From positions 224,001 to 288,000 of the forward strand of contig JAZDJN010000087.1 in NCBI GenBank assembly GCA_043803945.1: a DNA stretch of 64,000 nucleotides, in the 5' to 3' direction. A program made the translations under genes and the position numbers. A model generated the notes under the pieces. That model was not told where the DNA came from. It made no database searches and worked only from the letters and a program-made list of their open reading frames with translations. Below are positions 36,554-47,317 of the stretch, piece by piece (position 1 is the first letter of the stretch; each line of letters begins with the position of its first letter). The DNA is from a bacterium (GTDB lineage Bacteria; Bacteroidota; Ignavibacteria; UBA10030).

Positions 36554-38179
36554 CTACACCTTTACCCGCTTAATAATCTTCTGCATATTCAGGCCGAACA
36601 TTTTCTTCTTCTCGGCAGTACTGCAATGTGAATAGGCCATCCATCCGAATTGCGGCAGCGGATCGCGCATCGGCTGATCGGTGCCGAACAAGACCCGATC
36701 GGCACCAACATGATGAACCATGAATTCGATCACCCGATAGGTCACAGCGGTAAGGGTAATTTCGAGATACACATTGGGATTCTTCAACGCCATCTCTACT
36801 CCTTTGCGTGCATCCTGAAACGATCCGCCGCAGTGTGCAATGATGAAAGCAATGTTGGGAAATTTCGGTGCGATATCGTTCACCTCCGCCACCACATTGG
36901 GCGAGGGATGGATCAGGGCAAAGGCACTGATGCGATTACCGTATTCATACCATGGAGACCAGAGCTTGTCGTTATAAGGAATATTGGTGCGCGGAAAATA
37001 GGGCTTCATTCCCTTCATTTTGAATTTTCGATGGACCTTGCTCAATTCCCTGGGCCAATCCTTGATATACTGCGGTTGGAGCGAGGCATATCCAACATAG
37101 AATGAGGGATAAAGTTTCATTGCATCGCGGACGATCTTATTGCCTAATTGATAGTCAGCCCAAATTGCGAGGAAGCTGCTGACACAAAGAGTATCGATAC
37201 CCATAAGGGCAGCCCGGTCAACCATACTTTTGGCATCACTATACGGCATATGAATCGTTCCGATCCCCTCGGCGCCTTCATGAGCAATATGCGCGTGAGA
37301 ATCGATGACGAGAAGATTCTTCAACGGTTTGCCCGCTTTTGCCTGAACAAGAATCGGGTCGGTTTTGCCCGTTGCACGATTATCGGATAGTCTCCGATTT
37401 ATTCCCGCCAGCCGTATAATGTTTCCTGAAGCAATCGATTGTTTCTGTCCATCCGAGAGCGTGCAATAATCCACGAACGCCTTTGCAGCTCCGGGCGATT
37501 TTTCCAGTGCACCGGTTCCAAAGAGAATCCGATCCGCGCCATACCAGTCTGCAAAAAGTTCAACCGCCCGGTTTCCCTGATGGGTGGAAAGTTCAAAGTG
37601 AAGATTTTTATGCTTCATCATTAATCGGTGAAGATAACGGGTTGCGTCCCAGCGGGAGGCCTGAAGAAGCACTTTGAGGTTGGGAAAGCTGCTGAGCACG
37701 GCATCAAGTTCTGAGAAAAGGACCTGGTTGGCGGACTCGAGAAGATCGGGCTGGTAGAAATGCCCGCCTTCAACCATCAATAAAATTTGATGTTTCTCAA
37801 GCTCACGCAGAAGCTCGCCGCAGAAATCGATGGTAAACGGGTAGCGCTGAAGGCGCGGATACATCTTTGCTGCCGCCATACCATGATCGTTCATTTCCTT
37901 AATGGTATCAGCCGGCCTTGGAAATTCGCGTGTGTGGTGGGGCATGACGGTCCACACCCCGAAGAGGCGTTTACTCTTCTTCAGTTCCTGGACCAGCAAG
38001 CGGTTGCCATAGATCGGATCGTACTCCTTGGCAACCGAATGCGCAATGAGTGCGCCCTGGATTCCACACCATGCCATTTCTTCCAATAGTTCATTGGTTT
38101 CGCATGCAGCCTCAACATCTTTGGGGCCGCGCTTGCCAACCATGGCGTAGCTATCGATGTACAAACGGTCTGTCGTCAT
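36554..38179 (-). CDS. Tandem two-domain amidohydrolase (Amidohydro_2 type)
   Basis: Two repeats ending GADRILFGT and GADRVLFGTDQP. The second has IDSHAH and IIAHCGG; the first has IDSYAM. Confidence 0.82.
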   Translation of the reverse strand: MTTDRLYIDSYAMVGKRGPKDVEAACETNELLEEMAWCGIQGALIAHSVAKEYDPIYGNRLLVQELKKSKRLFGVWTVMPHHTREFPRPADTIKEMNDHGMAAAKMYPRLQRYPFTIDFCGELLRELEKHQILLMVEGGHFYQPDLLESANQVLFSELDAVLSSFPNLKVLLQASRWDATRYLHRLMMKHKNLHFELSTHQGNRAVELFADWYGADRILFGTGALEKSPGAAKAFVDYCTLSDGQKQSIASGNIIRLAGINRRLSDNRATGKTDPILVQAKAGKPLKNLLVIDSHAHIAHEGAEGIGTIHMPYSDAKSMVDRAALMGIDTLCVSSFLAIWADYQLGNKIVRDAMKLYPSFYVGYASLQPQYIKDWPRELSKVHRKFKMKGMKPYFPRTNIPYNDKLWSPWYEYGNRISAFALIHPSPNVVAEVNDIAPKFPNIAFIIAHCGGSFQDARKGVEMALKNPNVYLEITLTAVTYRVIEFMVHHVGADRVLFGTDQPMRDPLPQFGWMAYSHCSTAEKKKMFGLNMQKIIKRVKV

Positions 38180-38188
38180 ACGTTCTTC

Positions 38189-39436
38189 TTACCAGTAAAA
38201 TGGTTTCATGCTCTCCCGTTCTTTGGGCTCTGCCTCGATTGCTCTTCTCAATGCACGCCGAGCTTTCTCGAGAGCCTCATCGATATCCGATTCCTTGTGT
38301 GAATAGCAGATGAACCAGCGCAGCATCACGAAGATTCCGTCGCGGAATAATTCACGGAACCACAAGTATTCAAGGCGTGCATTCATGTGCGGATCGGTAG
38401 TGGCAAACTTTAAATACGGGGCGGGCGGTAATCCGGCGGCGTGCCCTTCGATTCCCAGCTCCTTCGCCATAGCGGTAAATCCACCCATCAACCTTCTGCC
38501 CATAGCCCAGAGATGATCATGCACCCGCTCCCTGCGCATAATGGTCAATGTTGCTATTGCAGCGGCAATTGAGAGAGTCTCCCCCGCATAGGTCGTTGTC
38601 ATCTTAAATCTTTCCAACGATTGCAGATACTCTCTCCTGCCGACATACGCCGAGATCGGATAGCCATTCGCCATCGCTTTTGCGTAACTGATAAGATCGG
38701 CATCAACATGGAACAGTTCCTGGGCACCTCCCATCGCAAGACGAAATCCGGTTAACACCTCGTCGAGAACAAGAAGAATGCCATACTCTTTTGTCAACTC
38801 GCGTATCCGGCGAATAAACGTACCGCTGGTATCCTCATTCATATCGTAGGGAATAGCAATCACACAGGCAACCCGTTCTCCATACTGATGAATGAGTTCT
38901 TCGGCAACTTCAATGTTGCCCCACGGAATGACCTTAACATAGTCCTTCATAAATTCCGGCACGCCGTTGTTCGGGCTATCCTCGGTCGCAAACCAATCGG
39001 GGTATCCATGGTAGCCGCTCATCAGAATCATATCGCGCTTGGTGTAAGCTCGCGCGATACGGATGTTACAGAGATTTGCATCCTCGCCGGTTTTCATGAA
39101 TCGCACCATCTCCGCGTTCGGCGCTGCTTCATGGAGTATCTGAGCCAGTTCCAGCTCAATCGGACTTGCCATGCTGAAGAGCACCCCTTTATTCATTTGC
39201 TCCCGGACGGCATTGTCAACCTCCTCATAACAGTAGCCCAGGGTGACTGGACCCAGTGCCAAACGGAAGTCGATATATTCTTGTCCTTCCATATCCCAGA
39301 TGCGGCAACCTTTGCCTCGTTCGATGAACTTCGGCATCGTTTCGTCAAAGAGAGGGAACGGCCGTTTGGCGTTCGTCTGCGTTCCCCATGGAATCAGCCG
39401 CAATGCATCCTGAAAATGTTTATCGGAAGGTTTCAT
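38189..39436 (-). CDS. Class III PLP aminotransferase (glutamate-1-semialdehyde aminomutase-like)
   Basis: GCRIWD.EG.EYID, GYHG, DEVLTGFR, YAKAMANGYPI, TTYAG. Confidence 0.9.
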   Translation of the reverse strand: MKPSDKHFQDALRLIPWGTQTNAKRPFPLFDETMPKFIERGKGCRIWDMEGQEYIDFRLALGPVTLGYCYEEVDNAVREQMNKGVLFSMASPIELELAQILHEAAPNAEMVRFMKTGEDANLCNIRIARAYTKRDMILMSGYHGYPDWFATEDSPNNGVPEFMKDYVKVIPWGNIEVAEELIHQYGERVACVIAIPYDMNEDTSGTFIRRIRELTKEYGILLVLDEVLTGFRLAMGGAQELFHVDADLISYAKAMANGYPISAYVGRREYLQSLERFKMTTTYAGETLSIAAAIATLTIMRRERVHDHLWAMGRRLMGGFTAMAKELGIEGHAAGLPPAPYLKFATTDPHMNARLEYLWFRELFRDGIFVMLRWFICYSHKESDIDEALEKARRALRRAIEAEPKERESMKPFYW

Positions 39437-39446
39437 ACTCTATTCC

Positions 39447-41480
39447 TCACCGCGGGTTCACCGTTATGACAGGGAGGTCCGAGGCAGCATTAATCTCAAC
39501 AACAGCAGAGAGAGTATTATGCTTCACATCGATTACCCATGTTGAGCCTCTCCGGGTAATAACGGCAGAGCCATGCTCTTTCCCCGATGACTGAGCTGTA
39601 CATACCGTGACAATCTTATGATCGAGTGCTTGCTTATCGGAAGCTTCAATATATTGATACACACCGATTTCCTTCGGGACAGAATGGACTCCTGTTCGGA
39701 GAGATAGCTCCTGCTCTCCACGGATCATAGCGTTAAGCGAAGCAGCGGGGCGCTTGATTGAAAATTTAAGACCACCAATTTCGAGTTGAGCCTCTTTTGT
39801 GTCGCCATAGGCCTGAAAGCGTACTTGCACGCTCGCCCGTTGCGATTTCATCCGTACCTGATCAAAGAAAATGAGAACGTCAGGTTTCAAAAAAACAAGC
39901 GACCGCCGAACCAGATCCACATCGGCATTGACAAGCCGGTACGCTTCCGTGGCATCGCTCGTTACGATCATCTGCTTGTCGCTCGCTCGATACTGCACTA
40001 CATTTGCCTCCGCCCACGAGGAGTTCGTTCCCTCGTGTCCATCATGATACTGATGTCCCTTTCCGTCGATGAGAACAGCCGTATGGGCTTCGGTCTTTCG
40101 CAATATCCAATGTTCCTGCGTATAGGAATAGGCCGCTTTCAATGGGTCATGCAGCAGCCGTTCGCCGTAGGCTTTAAACACAACACTGTTGCGGTCGGCA
40201 TGTTCATGATTGCCCGGCGGCCCGCTTCGCATCGCAACCACCGAACTTTGCTCGTCCCACCCCGTTCGCGAGACCACCCAATCATCGACAAACCGCACAT
40301 CGTACAACTCTTTTCCCGGTTTGACGGACTTGATTGTACGGTCATACCAGATCAGCGCGTGATGCGATCTGATCTCACCGATCGATTCGCAGAGAAATTG
40401 CGCAACTCTATCGTTGTTTCGATGGGCAACCCATGCGGCAACGGAAACATCTCCAACAATGCTTGCATCGCCGAAGTTGACACAATCATCCTTCTTCCCG
40501 ATCGTCGGCATGGACATCTGCAGTCCGTAGCGGACGGTGCCGGGGTAGTTGATCATCGATCGCTCGTCGACTCCAAGTTTACGATAGAGCACTTCGAGGA
40601 AGAGTGTCATGTGAAGAGCGGTATAACCCCAATAGCTGACTCCTTCAATATAGCTTCCATCTGAACCAAACATGGGTGCAAAAGCACGCGCACTTTGAAG
40701 CGCCAGGTCGAGCCACTTCTTCGCCTGCGGATGCTTCTCATAGAGCAGGCATGCAGCAATACCAAGTCCTGCAATCGGGATGACTTTAAGATTTGTTGAA
40801 TTGAGGATCAGCGGCCAGCGGCTCAGATCAAACCGGAACGCATAATCGCTTTCCGGGTCGAACGACCAACCACGAACGCGGTCGGGGTATTTCATTCCAT
40901 ACAATGTTCGGTAGCATGCCGGTGCACCCTTTTCCGCAATTTGTTTTTCCATTTCATTTTTCAGCTCCGATGACAGAGCATCGTCAAGCCACTCACGAGC
41001 GCAACTCATCGCGATTGTTGTCTCCGGGGCTCGCTGCAATCCAATGGTAAACTGTCCCCCTTCGAGAAAATAATCCCACTTTGCATATTGAAGAAGCCGT
41101 TCAATGGCGATCTTGGCAACCTCAAGCTGCCTTGGATCATGGGTGAGGGCATAGACAAACGAGGTGCGCTCCAAAATTTGCCGGGCTCGCAGGAGATCAA
41201 CAACATGGTTGTTAAATCTCAACTCGTTCCGAAGGAATTGTTTATCGCTCTCCAGATTTGCCTCCGTGAGCGTTTTCCAGTACGGGGCGAAACGGGAGAG
41301 TTTTGTCGCAGCAAGAATCCGGCGAACATCCTCGGGATTAAAAAAGAGGCCCTGGCCTTTACGAACATTCTGCTGAGCCGCTCCGGCCAGTTCATGTGCT
41401 TGTAATGAAGGGATTGCCAACGCCGCTGCTGCAAGCGATGTTGTTTGCAGAAATCCACGTCGTGTTTGGTTCATAGGCAC
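39447..41480 (-). CDS. Tat-exported heparinase II/III family protein
   Basis: TRRGFL twin-arginine signal; DGSYIEGVSYWGY, NFGD, SRTGW, NHEHADRNS, EAHTAVLIDGKG. Confidence 0.8.
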   Translation of the reverse strand: MPMNQTRRGFLQTTSLAAAALAIPSLQAHELAGAAQQNVRKGQGLFFNPEDVRRILAATKLSRFAPYWKTLTEANLESDKQFLRNELRFNNHVVDLLRARQILERTSFVYALTHDPRQLEVAKIAIERLLQYAKWDYFLEGGQFTIGLQRAPETTIAMSCAREWLDDALSSELKNEMEKQIAEKGAPACYRTLYGMKYPDRVRGWSFDPESDYAFRFDLSRWPLILNSTNLKVIPIAGLGIAACLLYEKHPQAKKWLDLALQSARAFAPMFGSDGSYIEGVSYWGYTALHMTLFLEVLYRKLGVDERSMINYPGTVRYGLQMSMPTIGKKDDCVNFGDASIVGDVSVAAWVAHRNNDRVAQFLCESIGEIRSHHALIWYDRTIKSVKPGKELYDVRFVDDWVVSRTGWDEQSSVVAMRSGPPGNHEHADRNSVVFKAYGERLLHDPLKAAYSYTQEHWILRKTEAHTAVLIDGKGHQYHDGHEGTNSSWAEANVVQYRASDKQMIVTSDATEAYRLVNADVDLVRRSLVFLKPDVLIFFDQVRMKSQRASVQVRFQAYGDTKEAQLEIGGLKFSIKRPAASLNAMIRGEQELSLRTGVHSVPKEIGVYQYIEASDKQALDHKIVTVCTAQSSGKEHGSAVITRRGSTWVIDVKHNTLSAVVEINAASDLPVITVNPR

Positions 41481-41525
41481 CGTATGGTTTTAATTAGCGC
41501 GAAATGATACTGCAGTAATTGTGAT

Positions 41526-42536
41526 TTACTCTATCTTTTCCAGTTGAACCATGCATCGGTGTTCAACGGACGCTGTCATTGCTTCAATAACGGCAACAGC
41601 ACGCAACCCCTCCGGGCCGCCCGTTTCCGGCTTTTTACCATGTAAGATGCAATCACCGAATTCTTTCATCTGAAGAATATAGCTTTGTGCACCTTCTGCA
41701 TTAAACTCTTCTGTAATTGTTTCTTTTATCATTCCATTTTCAAGGAGATCGAGTTGCAGTTTTGTCGGGAAGCAATGGAGAGTACCGGCAGTGCCATAAA
41801 TGCGGAGGAAATACGTGTCTGCGGAGACGTAGTAGGAGCTTAATGTCACCGGAATTCCCGATTCCAACTGAAGCAGTGCTGTGGTTGTGTCATAGGCTGA
41901 ACCTTTCATCGCGCGGTTCGCTGCAATACAACTGACCGTCGCAATCGGGTCGAGCAGATACTCTACCGTATCGACAAGATGAATTCCCAGTTGCATCATC
42001 GGCAGCAAAGGACATGTGGCAGAATCGGCTTTCCACGCCGGCAGTCCTGCCTGCAAGCCGGCCGGCCGTGAGAGGTTTGCCTCGACCGCCACAACTGTTC
42101 CAATCCTATTCTCGTCCAGCAGTTGTTTTGCCCTGCGAAACGATTGTCTGCGGCGCGTGTTGTGCCCAACCATGAGAATGAGGTTTGCCTGTTTTGCCCA
42201 TGCGATCATCTCCCTCGACTCACGCACCGTGTTCGCAATCGGCTTATCAACAAAGAGATGTTTCTCCGCCTGAACTGCCAGGCGCAGTTGTTCATAATGC
42301 AGGTGATTCGGTGTAACCAGAACAACGGCTTCGACACCGGCATAATTGAGAGCTTCTTCATAGCTCGAGGCAGGAAAGGCATGAAACTCTTCGGCTATCT
42401 GGCGGTTTGCCTCAAGGTTGATATCAAAACAGGACATCAGTCTCAGATTTCCCGCATCACGGGCACCGTTCACAATCGTTCGCCCGTGATTGGCAATGCC
42501 AATTTGAGCATACGAAACAATTCGCTCGGTGGTCAT
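41526..42536 (-). CDS. Gfo/Idh/MocA family oxidoreductase
   Basis: TPNHLH, KHLFVDKP, LMVGHN.R, GIHLVD. Confidence 0.9.
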   Translation of the reverse strand: MTTERIVSYAQIGIANHGRTIVNGARDAGNLRLMSCFDINLEANRQIAEEFHAFPASSYEEALNYAGVEAVVLVTPNHLHYEQLRLAVQAEKHLFVDKPIANTVRESREMIAWAKQANLILMVGHNTRRRQSFRRAKQLLDENRIGTVVAVEANLSRPAGLQAGLPAWKADSATCPLLPMMQLGIHLVDTVEYLLDPIATVSCIAANRAMKGSAYDTTTALLQLESGIPVTLSSYYVSADTYFLRIYGTAGTLHCFPTKLQLDLLENGMIKETITEEFNAEGAQSYILQMKEFGDCILHGKKPETGGPEGLRAVAVIEAMTASVEHRCMVQLEKIE

Positions 42537-43600
42537 ACGCTGTTCCTCTGGATTCTCTGATTGATTTGTTCATCCCCATCCAGAATTTCGATTTCAAGGT
42601 AGAACTCCCGTTTCTCCGCCGGCGATAAGATCTGCAGTGTTCCCCGCTCGCGTTCAATTGTCCGTCCCTCGACACCACAGTTTGCAGGTTCTATGCCGAG
42701 AACGTACATCCCCTCGCCCATCATTTTCCATTGCACGAGATTCGGCAATTCACGCTTTCGATACCGCAGGAGCAATCCGAGGTTACGATGGGGATTATGC
42801 AGCAAGACCGATGCACATCCATCGGCATCGGACAGGACATCATGATAGAACACCTGCTCCCGATATCCACCTTGGGGTGCAAGCATCTTCTTCGCCATAT
42901 CAAGACCCGGAGCGGCTTGTGCATCACGGGGCCGGCTTGAATTTGCACGGAAGATCAATTCAGCATCTTCCTCAAGGAGCGGCCAGCCGATATTGATATG
43001 ATAGAGCATCATCAATGGCACCGGGCCTGTTCCTTCGTTCACAACACTATCCAACAGCTTAATCCGGGATTTCCCCAACTCTGTTTCAATTGTACGGCAG
43101 AGCAGGAGATTTTCACCAAAGAGGTTTGACTCCCGCACAGATCCCGATACACTCATGATACACTGATCGCCATTCCATGTCGTTGTCGTTCCAACATGCT
43201 GGGCGGGAATATTCGAGAGCCTGCCATGTAAACCCAATTGTCTTCCATCATCGACACATGGAGAGCCAACGTACGTCATTCCGCACCCAGTCATCAATCC
43301 GCCAGCAAATGAACGGACCCAGTTCATACCGCTCTCATCGAAATACGCCGGATGAACATCGCCCTGTGATGATCGCCATGTCAGCGGGATTCCGCGGTAT
43401 TCGGCCTGGGAGATATCCATTCCTCGGTCAAGCGTTACCTGGAATCGAAGCCCCGAACCCGTCCGTACGTCTGCGATTCGTACACCGGCCTCAGTGCCGT
43501 CCTGCAGCGTCATCAGGCGGATGCCGCCAAGTTGACTGAGATCACCTAGGCGTTGTGTGAGTTCCTGTCTGGTATATTCCTGACCAAAGATCCTAGCCAT
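42533..43600 (-). CDS. Aldose 1-epimerase family protein (DUF4432-like)
   Basis: DRGMDI, GLMTGCG, LHGRLSN, LYHINIG, LGIEP.N. Confidence 0.85.
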   Translation of the reverse strand: MARIFGQEYTRQELTQRLGDLSQLGGIRLMTLQDGTEAGVRIADVRTGSGLRFQVTLDRGMDISQAEYRGIPLTWRSSQGDVHPAYFDESGMNWVRSFAGGLMTGCGMTYVGSPCVDDGRQLGLHGRLSNIPAQHVGTTTTWNGDQCIMSVSGSVRESNLFGENLLLCRTIETELGKSRIKLLDSVVNEGTGPVPLMMLYHINIGWPLLEEDAELIFRANSSRPRDAQAAPGLDMAKKMLAPQGGYREQVFYHDVLSDADGCASVLLHNPHRNLGLLLRYRKRELPNLVQWKMMGEGMYVLGIEPANCGVEGRTIERERGTLQILSPAEKREFYLEIEILDGDEQINQRIQRNSV

Positions 43601-43625
43601 GAAAACTGGTACTTCCCCTCTTCAA

Positions 43626-45083
43626 TTAGTGTTTTTCTAGCGCTGGAGTAGCTAATTCGATTTTTTCCTGGAGGCTTTCTTTAAATATTTTTGCATAGAT
43701 CGGGTCCCGGGGCACGCAGCCTGCAGGATATTGTCCCATCTCATTATGTTTGGAGCGCATCAGGTTTGTGCAATGACTGACGGCAATGCACACTTTCGAT
43801 GAATTCATTTTCCCCGTTGCAATGATATCTTTCGCATAATCGGGATACGCAATTGCACCGCGTCCTACGGCAACAATTCCGACACGGCCGCGGCGAATAT
43901 TCGATTCACCGGCATACGCAAGGTACTGCCGAAGCCAACTATAGCCCGTTCCAACCGTCACCACATCAGGATACGCTTTTTGGATTTGCTCGGTGATACG
44001 GAAATGACGATCAATGCCGAGCAACGGGTGTTCGGGTGTTGTATAACCGTCCATTGGAGCATGTTCAAACGGCCGCCCGAGGTGCATTGCATAGTACGGG
44101 CTTCCCATGGAAACGTTGATCAGGAGGACCCCATATTCTCTCATTATTCCCACGAGCTGAATCGGTTCGGCGAGATCTTCCAGCAATGGATTGTTTCGAT
44201 CAATGCCAAAATTGTATGGATACGGCAATGGATAAGCAATAGGTTTGCCTGCACCCGTAACCGGATCTTTTTCGTGCGGAATGCCGTCGTACGTATTAAT
44301 ACGAGAGGCTAGAATGAAGGCGCTGCCAACTTCATTGCGGGCTTTCCCAAGAACATTGCGGATGAAGCGGGTACGGTTTTCGAAGCTCCCTCCGTACTTC
44401 CCTTCGCGCGTACGGGCTCCCAACAATTCATTTAGGAGATAGGTGTGGCATTGTTTGATATCCACAAAATCGAAACCCATCTTTTGAACTTTGACAATCG
44501 CCTCGACGAAGAGGTCTTCCAACTTCTCCAACTCGTCGTCAGAAATAACCGGGTAGTCGGGCGGGATTGGGATTTTTTTCTTCCTATCAATATAAGTAAC
44601 ACAATCGACCTGAGGATGATGATACGCTATAATTGGTTTTCGGTAGCTATAGCGGCCCGAGTGGGTAAGCTGCAATCCAATGAGAAGATCACTGTCGGTG
44701 CTAAATTCATCTCGATGTGCACAACGAGAACGGCTCAGCAGCGCCTCGATTGACGACATATTTTCTTCATTCAGCAACAGCTGCCGCGAATTTGCCAGTC
44801 CTTCGGGGAGAATAGCCGTTGCTTCACCCCAGATAAGCTTTGCACCGCCCCTGCCAAATCGCTCCCAGCGACGGAACGTCAGTTCGTCCGGCTGTCCGTC
44901 AAGTGTACAATCGCACCCCTCCATCGGGTGAATACCGATCGCGTTACCGATGGTCCGATCGCCAAGTTTCACCGGCCTGGTGATCGATTCGAGCTTCTCT
45001 TCAAACGTGATGTCGACGCCAAGCCGTTCACACTCCTTGCGCAGATCATCGAGTGATTTATATGAATAGTATTTTTCCGACAA
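43626..45083 (-). CDS. NADH:flavin oxidoreductase (Old Yellow Enzyme family)
   Basis: HPMEGCD, EATA, QLTHSGR, DIKQCHTYLL.E.L, YGGSFENRTRF. Confidence 0.88.
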   Translation of the reverse strand: MSEKYYSYKSLDDLRKECERLGVDITFEEKLESITRPVKLGDRTIGNAIGIHPMEGCDCTLDGQPDELTFRRWERFGRGGAKLIWGEATAILPEGLANSRQLLLNEENMSSIEALLSRSRCAHRDEFSTDSDLLIGLQLTHSGRYSYRKPIIAYHHPQVDCVTYIDRKKKIPIPPDYPVISDDELEKLEDLFVEAIVKVQKMGFDFVDIKQCHTYLLNELLGARTREGKYGGSFENRTRFIRNVLGKARNEVGSAFILASRINTYDGIPHEKDPVTGAGKPIAYPLPYPYNFGIDRNNPLLEDLAEPIQLVGIMREYGVLLINVSMGSPYYAMHLGRPFEHAPMDGYTTPEHPLLGIDRHFRITEQIQKAYPDVVTVGTGYSWLRQYLAYAGESNIRRGRVGIVAVGRGAIAYPDYAKDIIATGKMNSSKVCIAVSHCTNLMRSKHNEMGQYPAGCVPRDPIYAKIFKESLQEKIELATPALEKH

Positions 45084-45109
45084 GGGGCCTCTGCAAGATG
45101 ATGGGAACG

Positions 45110-47299
45110 CTAACTGTGTATTTCTATTGAGAGATTCCGTTTCGGCAAAGGAAGAACTATCGCACCATCCTTGAACAAAACTGCTTTACCGTTAACGAAT
45201 GCTGTCTTCTCATTCTTCGCTCTCCGGATATCGATGTTAACCTCCCGGCCATGGACAATTACTTTTGCGCGGGCTTCCTGCATGCCGCTCAGGAGCCTCG
45301 GACGAATCATAAGATTCTTCGGATTGGGCCGGACACCGAGAAGATGATGAACAAAAAACATCACCAGTTCTGCCCATGTCCATACGACAATACCCAACGG
45401 AGGCAACGGCGGCGTGGGGCGTTCAACGAAACACTCCAGCCACGACCCTGCCTTCCCTCCCGGTACCTCGAGAAGCCAGTTTAAGGCACGCCACACTTTT
45501 TCATCGTTGTTGGCTTCGAAGTACGACCGTGCCATAAACACCGTGGCAAATGGCCACGGCCCCGGAGAATCGGGCTCAGAGGTGATATTGTACCGCGCGT
45601 ACCCTCCCATCGTCCACCGCTGATTCCAGAGAAACTCCATCGATTCCAAAGTCTTATTGCCGAGCGGGCTTTTTGCATCGACAACATCATACATCAGCGG
45701 CAAGACACTCGCTGAGTCGGGATCAGTGTAAGAGACCTGCTCAATATTAAGCGGCACACCCGGCGGCATGGACTTGCGGTTGGGCGGTTCAAACGTACGC
45801 TGGACTTCGCCATTCAACAAACGGCGTTTGATCAGCTTTCCGTCATCGACGAAGGACAACGTCGGATGGTAAAGGAAAGATTGTTTCATGCGCTCGGATG
45901 CTTGTACCCATCGCCGGGCGGACTCTGGTTCACCCATATGAACCGCCATCTCAGCGGCAAGTTTCCAGCCGATGATATTCCATGTTTGATAGGCAAGCTC
46001 ATATCCTTCCTTCACCCCAAAACCGGGATCGCGTTCCCAATACTCACGCGAGTTCTTCACCATACCGGTAGCGGGATCGAGGAATTCAGGCTTCAGCGGA
46101 TAATTGGCAACTGCTTTGATCTTCGGCCAGTGCAATTTGATCATCGAATCGTCGCCCGACCAAACCCAGTGTGTCCACAGTGCATAGAGTAACTCGCCGT
46201 TCTGGTCGAGCTCTATTGTTTGGGGTGGTCGATGACGGCTTGCATCGATCGCTCTGCCGCTCTCGTCAACAGAACGAGCCAGCATGCGCTGCAGTGACGG
46301 TTCAACGATGTCGTGATGTCCCGCAAGAACGCTTCCCACAACGATCATACTATGATCACGGACCCATTCAAGGTTGTATTGCCAGATGCCCGCATCCATC
46401 TTGCCGGAATTGGCAACGGCGGTGCGCAGTCCTGTTCGCGAGACTGCAAAGAGGTGATTGAGGTTTGTATTATCCGAGTCGAAGCGTGCCCGTTGTTCCC
46501 AGTAGAGCCGTGCTTCCTTCCGCAACCGAGCAAACCCTTTCTTTTCCAGTTTCTCCCGGGCAAGATTGAGCGTCAGTACAATCGTCGCCGATTTCGATGC
46601 ACCGGCAGCAAGCTCTCCAAAGCCAACGCTCAGATGGCGATCGCCGACCATCGTTGCCTGCGGAGAGAACATGCGAAGCGTTTGGTAGCCTGAAGCGGTC
46701 AGCATCAGATTCTCTCTGTCGACATGATATTCATCAAAATACATCAGGTTCGGATAGAGAAGAATTGTTCCAACCGGAGTGGCCGGGGCCGAGCCGGTGT
46801 TCGTCACTGTAACCGTTCGCAGCACGGCCGCATCATTGACCGGGCATATCAACTCTTCCCGGACAGAGCACGATCCTGCTTTCCACTCGATGACAATGGT
46901 TGGAATATTCTCCGAATATTCCCAGTGCATCTTCGCTAGGCCATGATCCGGAGCATATCCTTTCCCTTCGACGGCCAGCGTAAAGCGCGAATTCTGCAAT
47001 CCCCGCTCGGGGTGATAGAGATACGTGCTCATCTTTCGGCAGAAGTGCTCCGCCGACCAGAGCAGGAGCCCGCAATGCGTGCCATGATCTGGCTTTGGAG
47101 AACTCTGGAGAGCCATGATGAGTTCACCATTTCCCAGCATGAAGTATTCAAGGTCAAGAATGTTCGAGAGATAGTCCTGATGGATTTTTTGCTCGGGCCC
47201 TGACTGCGGATCGGCATCAGTGCTGAGTGACGGCCGGATCGTTGCAGCAACTGCACCCGCACCAAGGTACTTGATAAAATCTCTTCGTTCGACGTTCAT
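45110..47299 (-). CDS. Tat-exported (alpha/alpha)6 glycoside hydrolase-like protein (GH15-like), paralog 1
   Basis: ERRDFIK Tat motif; YNLEWVRD, ELDQNG, REYWER, GGYARY, GPWP; paralog of 60966-63248. Confidence 0.7.
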   Translation of the reverse strand: MNVERRDFIKYLGAGAVAATIRPSLSTDADPQSGPEQKIHQDYLSNILDLEYFMLGNGELIMALQSSPKPDHGTHCGLLLWSAEHFCRKMSTYLYHPERGLQNSRFTLAVEGKGYAPDHGLAKMHWEYSENIPTIVIEWKAGSCSVREELICPVNDAAVLRTVTVTNTGSAPATPVGTILLYPNLMYFDEYHVDRENLMLTASGYQTLRMFSPQATMVGDRHLSVGFGELAAGASKSATIVLTLNLAREKLEKKGFARLRKEARLYWEQRARFDSDNTNLNHLFAVSRTGLRTAVANSGKMDAGIWQYNLEWVRDHSMIVVGSVLAGHHDIVEPSLQRMLARSVDESGRAIDASRHRPPQTIELDQNGELLYALWTHWVWSGDDSMIKLHWPKIKAVANYPLKPEFLDPATGMVKNSREYWERDPGFGVKEGYELAYQTWNIIGWKLAAEMAVHMGEPESARRWVQASERMKQSFLYHPTLSFVDDGKLIKRRLLNGEVQRTFEPPNRKSMPPGVPLNIEQVSYTDPDSASVLPLMYDVVDAKSPLGNKTLESMEFLWNQRWTMGGYARYNITSEPDSPGPWPFATVFMARSYFEANNDEKVWRALNWLLEVPGGKAGSWLECFVERPTPPLPPLGIVVWTWAELVMFFVHHLLGVRPNPKNLMIRPRLLSGMQEARAKVIVHGREVNIDIRRAKNEKTAFVNGKAVLFKDGAIVLPLPKRNLSIEIHS

Positions 47300-47317
47300 A
47301 GTGATTATGAAAGAAGT

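Noticed and set aside
38189-39436. hemL (heme biosynthesis) assignment
   Set aside because: The N-terminus is IPWGTQTNAK rather than the HemL PGGVNSPVR motif, and there is no tetrapyrrole gene context.
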